A stretch of DNA of 64,000 bases from Bacillota bacterium (lineage in GTDB: Bacteria > Bacillota_I > Bacilli_A > RFN20 > CAG-826): assembly GCA_030834445.1 (NCBI GenBank), contig JAURFC010000002.1, positions 8,504 through 72,503 on the forward strand, given 5' to 3'. The position numbers and the translations under genes are program-made. A model generated the notes under the pieces. The model saw only the letters and a list, made by a program, of their open reading frames with translations. It was not told where the DNA came from and did not search any database. Positions 9,213 through 17,589 of the stretch are shown piece by piece (the first letter of the stretch is position 1; every line of letters begins with the position of its first letter).

Positions 9213-10547
9213 ATGTCCGTATGGTCCAAAGCAGACATTTTAGCCTTTGCTAAAAAAGAAGATGTTCGTTTTATTCGTATGCAGTTTACCGATATGCTTG
9301 GGATGGTTAAATCCGTGGATTTACCTGTTTCACGGCTTGAAGATGCCTTAGACAATAAAATTATGTTTGATGGATCTTCAATTGAAGGGTTTGTCCGCAT
9401 CAAAGAAGCAGATATGTATTTATATCCTGACTTTGATTCATGGAAAATCTTAACGTTTGAAGATTTAGCCTTAGGGAAAGTCGCCCGTTTAGTATGTGAT
9501 GTTTATACCCCCAAAGGTGAACCTTTTGAAGGCGATCCTCGCTTTATTCTTAAAAAAGCCATTCAAAAAATGGAGGCCGCTGGCTTTGGTTCGCTGAACG
9601 TCGGTTTTGAACCCGAGTTTTTCTTGTTCAAAGTAAAAGATGGAAAACCGGTTGTGGAACCCAACGATGATGCAGGTTACTTTGATTTAGCCCCCATGGA
9701 TGGCGATAACTACACCCGTCGCGATATTGCTATTGAACTCGATAAACTCGGTTTACTCGTGCAAGCATCGCACCACGAAGTGGCGATTGGTCAACATGAA
9801 ATTAACTTCCGTTTCCAAGATGTCTTAAAAGCGTGTGATAATCTCCAACTTTTTAAAACTGTGGTTAAAGTCATTGCCCACAAACATGGGCTTCATGCGA
9901 GTTTCATGCCTAAACCGATTGCCGGTATTAATGGTTCAGGGATGCATACTAACATGTCCTTAACGAATGCCAATGGGGAAAATGCCTTCTTCGATCCAAA
10001 AGGCGATAAACAATTATCCGAAGTGGCCCGCTTATGGATGACGGGGATTTTAAATCATTCCCGTTCGATTGCCGCCTTAACCAATCCAACAGTAAATAGT
10101 TATAAACGTATTATTCCTGGCTATGAAGCGCCTTGCTATGCGTGCTGGTCCGATGCAAACCGTTCAGCGATGATTCGTATTCCTGCAGCGCGTGGCAATT
10201 CCACCCGCACTGAACTTCGTAACGTCGATCCAACCGCCAACCCCTATTTAGCGCTCGCCTTTATTTTATCCGCGGGATTAGAAGGCATCGCCACCGCCAA
10301 GGAAACCGTACCACCTGTCTACGACAACATCTTTGAATTAACCCGCGAACAACGCGAAGCACAAGGTATTCAAAACCTTCCAGAAAATCTCAAAGATGCC
10401 TTAAAAGAAATGAAAAAAGATCCTTTGATGCTTGACGTCTTAGGCAAACACACCTTTGACAAATACATCATCGCCAAAGAAAAAGAATGGGATAGCTACC
10501 GCACCTTCGTTTCCCAATGGGAAATCGATCGGTATCTTCATCTTTAA
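9213..10547 (+). CDS. glnA: Glutamine synthetase type I
   Basis: 444 aa. FIRMQFTDMLG, DGSSIEGF, EPEFFLF and NGSGMHTNMSL motifs diagnostic of GSI. Confidence 0.95.
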   Translation: MSVWSKADILAFAKKEDVRFIRMQFTDMLGMVKSVDLPVSRLEDALDNKIMFDGSSIEGFVRIKEADMYLYPDFDSWKILTFEDLALGKVARLVCDVYTPKGEPFEGDPRFILKKAIQKMEAAGFGSLNVGFEPEFFLFKVKDGKPVVEPNDDAGYFDLAPMDGDNYTRRDIAIELDKLGLLVQASHHEVAIGQHEINFRFQDVLKACDNLQLFKTVVKVIAHKHGLHASFMPKPIAGINGSGMHTNMSLTNANGENAFFDPKGDKQLSEVARLWMTGILNHSRSIAALTNPTVNSYKRIIPGYEAPCYACWSDANRSAMIRIPAARGNSTRTELRNVDPTANPYLALAFILSAGLEGIATAKETVPPVYDNIFELTREQREAQGIQNLPENLKDALKEMKKDPLMLDVLGKHTFDKYIIAKEKEWDSYRTFVSQWEIDRYLHL

Positions 10548-10569
10548 CTAAACGTTTCTTAGCCAATAA

Positions 10570-10597
10570 AAAACCCTTCATTATGAAGGGTTTTTTT
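10570..10597. terminator. Bidirectional rho-independent terminator between convergent glnA and aminopeptidase
   Basis: CCCTTCA-tta-TGAAGGG (10574-10590), flanked by an A-run upstream and a T7 run downstream. Confidence 0.85.
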
Positions 10598-10614
10598 CAT
10601 TAATTTATTTTAGT

Positions 10615-11850
10615 TTATTTTAAGGAGGGTGACCAATTGCCCTTCTCGAAGATAGCCACCGTTTCACCCGTTCGTGTGACACCGGTGATTATTAAATCCT
10701 TGGATCCAATCATGAAGTCCACATGGATCATCGAGGTATTACATCCAATTTGCGTTAATTGTTCACGCGTCATATTCGCGTATCCTTTAATGGAATTGAC
10801 ATAGGCTCGACCTAACGCAATATGGCATGAGGCATTTTCATCAAATAACGTATTGTAGAAAAGTAAACCCGATTGTTGAATTGGGGAGTCAAATGGGACA
10901 AGGGCAAGTTCACCAATACGGGAGGCACCTTCATCCATGGCGACCATTTTTTCCAGTAAGGCTTGATTACGTTTTGCTTCGACTTTCACGACTTTTCCGT
11001 CGGAAAAAGTCACTGAGAAATCTTCAATAAGTTCGCCCGCATACGATAAGGGTTTGCTCGCGACCACTTTCCCTTCCGCTTTACCGGCTTTCGGAGTAAT
11101 GAAAACTTCTTCGGTGGGCATATTGGGGTTGTAGAAATGACCATCAATCAGGTGTTCGCCTCCCCCTAACCATTTCGCTTCTGGAATCATCCAGATTTTA
11201 AAATCGGTTCCATTACTTGATTGGAAATGGAGGTAGTCGAGATTGAGCGCATCAAGTTGACGGCAACGGGCTTGTAATGTGGCGTTATGAAGATCCCATT
11301 CTTTTAACGGGTCTTCAGTGACACGGGTCGCTTTAATGATTGCGTCCCACATCGCTTCCACCGCGGCGTCCCCTTTTAAATGGGGAAAGACTTTTTCAGA
11401 CCATTTGACGGAAGGTACCCCAATAATCGTCCATTGGAATTTATTATCCATTTGTTCACGGTATTTCAACATAATCGGTGTTGTAGCTTTAGAAATACGC
11501 GTCATTTTTTCTTGATCAATGCCCTTCATGCCATCGGGATCAACCGAACGAATATGAATTTGAGCAGGAAGCGTATCGACGTTGTGTTGTAATTCAGCAT
11601 GTTGCCACGCTTCAATTTCACTCGCTGCTGCTTCATCCATGGCTAAGGCATTCACTTTGCTTATCGGTAAGTGAGTCCATTTGACACGAACTTTTCGTGC
11701 ACCTGCTTTATAGGCTTCTTGAACTACCATCGTAACAAATTCAGGCTGATCGAGTTCAGCGTGAATTATCACATCTTGACCTTGTTTGACATTCACCCCC
11801 CGACGGACAGTAAGTTCGGCAAAACGACGTAAAATTTCTTGTTTCATCAT
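10615..11850 (-). CDS. M29 family aminopeptidase (AmpS/PepS-like)
   Basis: MMKQEILRRFAELTVRRGVNVKQGQ resembles AmpS N-termini. ATG at 11850 has SD ggaga. The TTG extension to 11883 in the track overlaps a TATAAT box. Confidence 0.85.
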   Translation of the reverse strand: MMKQEILRRFAELTVRRGVNVKQGQDVIIHAELDQPEFVTMVVQEAYKAGARKVRVKWTHLPISKVNALAMDEAAASEIEAWQHAELQHNVDTLPAQIHIRSVDPDGMKGIDQEKMTRISKATTPIMLKYREQMDNKFQWTIIGVPSVKWSEKVFPHLKGDAAVEAMWDAIIKATRVTEDPLKEWDLHNATLQARCRQLDALNLDYLHFQSSNGTDFKIWMIPEAKWLGGGEHLIDGHFYNPNMPTEEVFITPKAGKAEGKVVASKPLSYAGELIEDFSVTFSDGKVVKVEAKRNQALLEKMVAMDEGASRIGELALVPFDSPIQQSGLLFYNTLFDENASCHIALGRAYVNSIKGYANMTREQLTQIGCNTSMIHVDFMIGSKDLIITGVTRTGETVAIFEKGNWSPSLK

Positions 11851-11929
11851 TCTTCTCCAATAATGTTTTTTATTATAGGACAATTCTCGATGAATAGAAA
11901 GTTTTGCTACAATGAGAATGATGAAACAA
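11839..11929. repeat. 15-bp perfect inverted repeat covering the start codons of two divergent genes
   Basis: TTGTTTCATCATTCT (11839-11853) is the exact reverse complement of AGAATGATGAAACAA (11915-11929). Spacer 61 bp. Both proteins therefore begin MMKQ. Confidence 0.9.
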
Positions 11930-12460
11930 AAACCATGGAAACTCGAAGAGCTTAGTCAACTATTCTTTTTTGGATCAACCCTTGTATTAGGATTACTTGC
12001 CATGATCAATCCAAGTTTTGTTTATTCTGTACTTGGTGCCGTTATTGGGTTATTAGGATTCATCCTCATTGCCTATTACGGCTATAAACTATATCGATAT
12101 GTTTCGCAATTTCAACGGATGTCAAACACACTTGTGTCACCGTTAATAATTTTACTTTTGCTGGCGATTCTCTTTATCTTTATTCCAGCAAGTTCGCTAG
12201 CTGCACTCGTGGCCTGGTTAACTTTACTTGGTTTAGTCGGTTATGGTTTTTATCGGCTATATTTTGTTGCTCGCTATCTTCATCGTCGCTTAACGATTCT
12301 CGATTGGATGCTGGGCTTAGGGGCATGGGGACTAGCAATTCTTGTTTTATTTAATTTAAATAAAACCCCCGATATTATTATGTTTTTCATCGGGGGTGTT
12401 CTAATTTATTTCAGTGGCTATTCGTTATTTAAAGTATTATTGCGCCATCAAGACGATTGA
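11912..12460 (+). CDS. Hypothetical polytopic membrane protein
   Basis: 182 aa, 5-6 hydrophobic helices, no family recognised. Start could be ATG 11912, 11918 or 11921. Confidence 0.55.
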   Translation: MRMMKQKPWKLEELSQLFFFGSTLVLGLLAMINPSFVYSVLGAVIGLLGFILIAYYGYKLYRYVSQFQRMSNTLVSPLIILLLLAILFIFIPASSLAALVAWLTLLGLVGYGFYRLYFVARYLHRRLTILDWMLGLGAWGLAILVLFNLNKTPDIIMFFIGGVLIYFSGYSLFKVLLRHQDD

Positions 12461-13254
12461 TGACGAAGATGATAGGCTTCTACCACATTTTTCAATAAGG
12501 ATAAACGTGTTAATAAACCTACCCCACCCGGAACAGGGGTTTGTAGTGCAGCATGACGTCCTGGTTTAATATCACCAAAAAGGAGACCATCTTCACGATT
12601 AATGCCAATATCGACGAGTATGGCACTCGGTTTAATTTTCTCATCCGACAAAAACCATTTTTGGCCGACCGCGACACAAATAAGGTCCGCGGATTGGAGT
12701 AACGCCAATTTTGTCGCTTCTTCAGTTTTGGAATGAATCATCGAAACCGTACAATCGCGATCTAGTAACGCCGTTGATAAGGGTTTTCCTACGATAAACG
12801 ATCGCCCGATGACGACTGCATGCTTTCCTTTAAAGGGAAAACCGATGGCGTCTAAATAGTCCACGATGCCTTTGGGGGTACACGCCATCATCGAAGATAA
12901 GGGATGAAAGCCATCGACATCCTTAGATGGCACGATCGCTTCCCGAATAACTCTGGGGCGAATCGTATCGGGTAACGGCACTTGAACGAGCAACCCATCC
13001 ACAGAGGGATCGTCGTTATATCGTTGAATTTCTTTAAGTAGATCGGCTTCCGTTATTGTGATGGGATAACGGACGTGTGTCGCTTTAATTCCCACATCCT
13101 GACAATCTTGAATTTTGCCACGAATATAAATATTGGAACCTTCGTTTTCATTCGCTTGAATAATCACCAAATGAGGGGTTAATTTTAACGATGAAATCGT
13201 TGTATTTAGTTTGATTTTTTCTTGTTCTACAAATGCTTTAATGGTCATCGTCAT
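12448..13254 (-). CDS. folD: Bifunctional methylenetetrahydrofolate dehydrogenase/cyclohydrolase
   Basis: VQVPLP, DVDGFHP and PGGVG motifs. Start may be the second ATG (13248) if the transcript is leaderless. Confidence 0.92.
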   Translation of the reverse strand: MTMTIKAFVEQEKIKLNTTISSLKLTPHLVIIQANENEGSNIYIRGKIQDCQDVGIKATHVRYPITITEADLLKEIQRYNDDPSVDGLLVQVPLPDTIRPRVIREAIVPSKDVDGFHPLSSMMACTPKGIVDYLDAIGFPFKGKHAVVIGRSFIVGKPLSTALLDRDCTVSMIHSKTEEATKLALLQSADLICVAVGQKWFLSDEKIKPSAILVDIGINREDGLLFGDIKPGRHAALQTPVPGGVGLLTRLSLLKNVVEAYHLRHQSS

Positions 13255-13256
13255 TC

Positions 13257-13265
13257 ATTATATCA
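13257..13265 (-). promoter_or_regulatory. Extended -10 promoter (TGATATAAT) of folD, 2 nt from the first ATG
   Basis: The minus strand reads TGATATAAT-ga-ATGACGATGACC. The predicted TSS falls within the first three codons, implying a leaderless mRNA. Confidence 0.5.
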
Positions 13266-13279
13266 AAATAAAACGCCAA

Positions 13280-13311
13280 GAAAAAAAGAGTGATATTCAC
13301 TCACTCTTTTT
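13280..13311 (-). terminator. Rho-independent terminator after secG
   Basis: AGAGTGA-N7-TCACTCT hairpin (13287-13307), followed on the minus strand by T7. Confidence 0.8.
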
Positions 13312-13332
13312 GGATGATAATTTTTAGATTGA

Positions 13333-13560
13333 CTAGGCTAACGCGTTGGTCAGTAAGGCAAGTAAGAAAAATAACATCCCAAAACCAAGGGTTAACCACG
13401 AGACGATGAGTTCAGATCCACGTTCTTTTGTTTTCACAAATACGTTCATCCCTGCCCCCGTGATGGCACCCGACGCCCCTTCCGATTTTCCACCTTGAAG
13501 TAACGATAAAATAATAATGATGAATGAAACGACAATAAAGCTAATATCTAAAAAGTTCAT
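13333..13560 (-). CDS. secG: Preprotein translocase subunit SecG
   Basis: 75 aa, two TM helices, LLQGGKSEGASGAITG motif typical of SecG. SD aggaga. Confidence 0.88.
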   Translation of the reverse strand: MNFLDISFIVVSFIIIILSLLQGGKSEGASGAITGAGMNVFVKTKERGSELIVSWLTLGFGMLFFLLALLTNALA

Positions 13561-13615
13561 AATGTTCTCCTACAGGTTATAAATATACCTTACTTTGACT
13601 TAAATTTAAACTACA

Positions 13616-15586
13616 TTAATTTTTTAACTGGGCTTTGAGTTCGAAGATAACATCGCGAACTTCTGCGGCCCTTTCAAAGTCATATGCTTTTGCCGCCTCT
13701 TTCATAATTTTTTCAAATTCTTTAATACGATTTTCAATTTCAGAACGGGAGGCTTTACCTTCTACTAATCGAGTGACATCGGTTTCTTCATGCATACTGA
13801 GTGGCGAGATCACTTCTTTTTGAATCGTTTTCGGGGTAATACCAAACCGCTCATTGTAGGCTTGTTGAATTGCACGACGACGGTCCGTTTCTTGAATCGC
13901 GGCTTTCATCGAATCCGTTATCTTATCCGCATACATGATCACTTTTCCATTGGCATTGCGTGCCGCCCGACCGATAATTTGAATGAGGGAGCGGGTTGAA
14001 CGTAAAAAACCTTCTTTGTCTGCATCCAAAATGGTGATCAAAGATACTTCGGGAATATCGAGTCCTTCCCGTAATAAATTAATTCCAATGAGAACGTCAT
14101 ATTTACCTTTACGAAGTTGATAGATGACTTGAGCACGTTCTAATGTTTTCGTTTCTGCGTGCATGTAAACGACCTTCATACCCTTGTTTTTCAAATATGC
14201 GGTTAAATCTTCCGCCATTTTGATTGTCAAGGTGACCACCATCACGCGTTCGTTGGCGTCAACACGTTGGCGAATTTCTTGCATCAAATCATCAATTTGA
14301 CCCATGGTAGGACGAATAGAAATCGTTGGATCGACAAGTCCAGTGGGACGGATGATTTGTTCGACAACACGCTGTTCTGCCTGTGTGAGTTCATAATCTC
14401 CAGGCGTCGCTGAAGTACAAATGACATTAGGAAGGATGGCCTCAAATTCTAAAAACTTTAAGGGACGGTTATCCAACGCCGACGGTAAGCGGAATCCATA
14501 TTCAACCAGCGTTTCTTTTCGCGCACGATCTCCGTTATACATCCCCCGAACTTGAGGGAAACTTACGTGAGATTCATCCACAACAAGTAAGGCATCTTTC
14601 GGGAAGTAATCGAGTAAGCAAAAAGGACGAACACCGGGTTGACGTTGATCAATATGACGCGAATAGTTTTCAATACCCGGACACATGCCAAATTCACGTA
14701 AGGATTCTAAATCTTGTTTGGTTCGAAGCTCTAATCGTTGCGCCTCTAATAGTTTATTTTCTTGTTTGAAATACGTGAGACGTTCGTGTAATTCGGCTTC
14801 AATTGTTTCACATGCTTTTAACACCCGTTCATGCGTTGAGGCATGCCCATAGGCAGGATAAATCGCATAACTTTTATAACGGGCAACGGTCTCGCCAGTG
14901 ATGGTATCGATGAGGGCCATGGACTCAATTTCATCTCCAAACGTATCAATTCGTAAGGCTTTGTCTTCTAATCCTGGCACCGCAATTTCAATCACATCCC
15001 CACGAACACGAAAACCTCCTGGGGCAATGTCAAAGGGTTGACGTTCATATTGCGCATCGATGAGTTGTTTGAATAATTGTTTTCGGTCAATAGTTTCTCC
15101 CACACGCAAGTAAAACGCAAGACGTTGATATTCTTGGGGATCGGTTAAACCATAAATGGCGGCCACCGAAGCGACAACAATCGTATCTCGACGTTCCAAT
15201 AAACTGTTAATTGCTGAGGTACGCATCATTTCAATTTCATCATTCATCATCGCGTTTTTTTCGATGTATGTATCCGATTTTGGTAAGTAGGCTTCGGGTT
15301 GATAAAAATCAAAGTTACTAACGAAATATTCCACACGATTATGTGGGAATAGTTCCTTAAATTCCCCGTATAATTGCCCTGCCAGTGTTTTGTTATGCAC
15401 TAACACGAGGGTTGGTCGTTGTGTTTTTTCAATGACATTGGCAATGGTAAACGTTTTACCCGTTCCTGTCGCACCAAGAAGCACTTGAAAGCGTCGGTTT
15501 TCGTTTAAACCTTCTACGAGTTGTTGAATGGCTTTGGGTTGATCCCCTGTAGGTTGATACGGAGAGACAATTTTAAATGCCGGCAT
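13616..15586 (-). CDS. uvrB: Excinuclease ABC subunit B
   Basis: 656 aa. [17 protein letters not shown], helicase motifs and C-terminal UVR domain (FERAAEVRD). Confidence 0.97.
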   Translation of the reverse strand: MPAFKIVSPYQPTGDQPKAIQQLVEGLNENRRFQVLLGATGTGKTFTIANVIEKTQRPTLVLVHNKTLAGQLYGEFKELFPHNRVEYFVSNFDFYQPEAYLPKSDTYIEKNAMMNDEIEMMRTSAINSLLERRDTIVVASVAAIYGLTDPQEYQRLAFYLRVGETIDRKQLFKQLIDAQYERQPFDIAPGGFRVRGDVIEIAVPGLEDKALRIDTFGDEIESMALIDTITGETVARYKSYAIYPAYGHASTHERVLKACETIEAELHERLTYFKQENKLLEAQRLELRTKQDLESLREFGMCPGIENYSRHIDQRQPGVRPFCLLDYFPKDALLVVDESHVSFPQVRGMYNGDRARKETLVEYGFRLPSALDNRPLKFLEFEAILPNVICTSATPGDYELTQAEQRVVEQIIRPTGLVDPTISIRPTMGQIDDLMQEIRQRVDANERVMVVTLTIKMAEDLTAYLKNKGMKVVYMHAETKTLERAQVIYQLRKGKYDVLIGINLLREGLDIPEVSLITILDADKEGFLRSTRSLIQIIGRAARNANGKVIMYADKITDSMKAAIQETDRRRAIQQAYNERFGITPKTIQKEVISPLSMHEETDVTRLVEGKASRSEIENRIKEFEKIMKEAAKAYDFERAAEVRDVIFELKAQLKN

Positions 15587-16489
15587 TTAAGACTTCACCT
15601 TTCGTCGTTTCGGTAACGGGGAAACAGGAAATGGATCAAACCCCTCTCCATGAATGGAACGTGCTTGCGTGAAGATGACAAACGCTTTGGGATCAAGTGA
15701 TGATACCGCTTGTTTTAATGCATAATAATCATGACGAGCAATCGCGACTTGGATGACTTGGTAGGGTTGGTCGGTATAACCACCAATGGCAGGCAGAAGC
15801 GTTGATCCTCGTTCGAGTTGATGATGGATATAATCTAAGATAGGTTTGGTTTGATGGGAAATAATCGTGACCCAATACATCTTTGATCCACCGACAAAAA
15901 CGAGTTCAATGACGAGGGATGACATAACGGTTGAAATAATGCCAAATAATCCTTGATAGACCCCAAAGACAAGAAAACCCAAGCCAATAATGAGGACATC
16001 GACCCAAAAAGCGGTCGCAGAGGTGGTCCAATCAAACCATTTTTTACCCAATAACACAAGAACATCCACGCCCCCTGTGGATCCTCCTGCTAAAAACGCT
16101 AAAGCAACACCAAAACCAACTAATGCCCCTCCAAATAAACTAGCGAGGAGACGATGAATATCATTAGACGCTTCAAAGGCCAAGGCATCTATTCCGATAA
16201 ATCGAATAAAAATCACCACGAATAAAGGGTATGAAATCGTTGCAAATAATGTTTTAATTGAAAATGATTTTCCAAGGGTGACATAGCCTAGTAAAAAGAG
16301 TAACCAAGCAAAAATAGCGGTGGTGACATCCAAATCCCAACCCCATAACGCTTTAAAGATAATGGCAATCCCACTTAATCCGCCATTAACAATGTTTAAA
16401 GGCGCAAGAAAGAATGAAGTCCCTGATGCCAGTACAATGTTGGCAACGGCTAGTTGAAGTAAGGAAAGGAACCATGATTTACGAGCCAC
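15587..16489 (-). CDS. YitT family membrane protein (DUF2179 C-terminal domain)
   Basis: 300 aa, 5-6 TM followed by a soluble C-domain. The N-terminal FLAPLNIVNGGLSGIAII motif is characteristic of YitT proteins. Confidence 0.8.
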   Translation of the reverse strand: MARKSWFLSLLQLAVANIVLASGTSFFLAPLNIVNGGLSGIAIIFKALWGWDLDVTTAIFAWLLFLLGYVTLGKSFSIKTLFATISYPLFVVIFIRFIGIDALAFEASNDIHRLLASLFGGALVGFGVALAFLAGGSTGGVDVLVLLGKKWFDWTTSATAFWVDVLIIGLGFLVFGVYQGLFGIISTVMSSLVIELVFVGGSKMYWVTIISHQTKPILDYIHHQLERGSTLLPAIGGYTDQPYQVIQVAIARHDYYALKQAVSSLDPKAFVIFTQARSIHGEGFDPFPVSPLPKRRKVKS

Positions 16490-17589
16490 GTACTTTGGCC
16501 TCCTTTTCTAAATACGCTTGAATAAAACCAGAAATATCGCCATCCATCACCCGATTCACATCGCCTTCTTGATAGTTCGTGCGGTGATCTTTGACTAACG
16601 TATACGGTTGGAAAACATAGGAACGAATTTGACTGCCCCATTCTATATCTTTTTGTTCACCCACAATCGCATCCATCGCTTGTTGTTGTTCTTGTTTTTT
16701 TCGTTGATATAACTGGGCTTTTAACATATTCATTGCCATTTCTTTATTTTGGATCTGACTACGTTCAATCTGACACGATGCGACGAGACCCGTAGGAATG
16801 TGAGTAATGCGAACGGCACTTTCGACTTTATTAACGTTTTGCCCCCCAGCACCCCCCGAGCGATACGTATCAATGCGTAAATCTTTGTCGGGAATTTCTA
16901 GATCAATCGTATCTTGAATTTCGGGAATGACATTGACGGAGGCAAACGATGTATGGCGACGTCCATTCGCGTCAAACGGAGAGATGCGTACAAGACGATG
17001 GACGCCTTTTTCTGATTTGAGTAAGCCATAGGCATGAGGACCTTTAACAAGTAAAGTAACACTTTTAATGCCTGCTTCTTCACCGGCTTGATAATCAAGT
17101 ACTTGAATCGAAAATTTTTGCCATTCTGCGTACCGAACATACATACGATAAAGCATGTCTGCCCAATCATGGCTTTCCGTCCCTCCTGCACCAGGATGAA
17201 GTTCTAGAATCGCATTCAGCCCATCGAATTCTCCAGAAAAGAAGAGCAATTGACGCGCTTCATGCGCTTGTTTTTTTAAGTGATCCAGTTCGGTACGAAA
17301 ACTATCGTAAATGGAAGGATCATCTTCGAGGAGTTCAAAAAGTTCTTCGAGTTCTTTAAACCCGTTGACAATCGCATGATATTGTTCCCATTGATGACGC
17401 GCTTCATTAAGCTGTTGAACGACTTTTTTGGCCTTCCGTTGATCATCCCAAAAATGATCATCATTCATCTGGGCTTCGTCACGATCGATTTGTTGTTTTA
17501 CGCGAGCAGGGTCAAAGAGAATCACTGACTTGTTGAACGAGTAATTTCAAGTCATTTAACTCCGCTTTGATGAGGGAAAAATCAATCAT
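16479..17589 (-). CDS. prfB: Peptide chain release factor 2, requires programmed +1 frameshift
   Basis: Frame 0 runs from ATG 17589 (ATGA overlap with the secA stop) and encodes MIDFSLIKAELNDLKLLVQQVSDSL, then UGA. Shifting +1 at CUU UGA C continues DPARVKQQ... through SPF and GGQ motifs to 16479. Confidence 0.95.
17511..17517 (-). other. prfB: RF2 autoregulatory +1 frameshift site CUU UGA C
   Basis: The minus strand 17517-17511 reads CTTTGAC, the canonical RF2 shift heptamer. The downstream frame is the long RF2 ORF. Confidence 0.92.
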
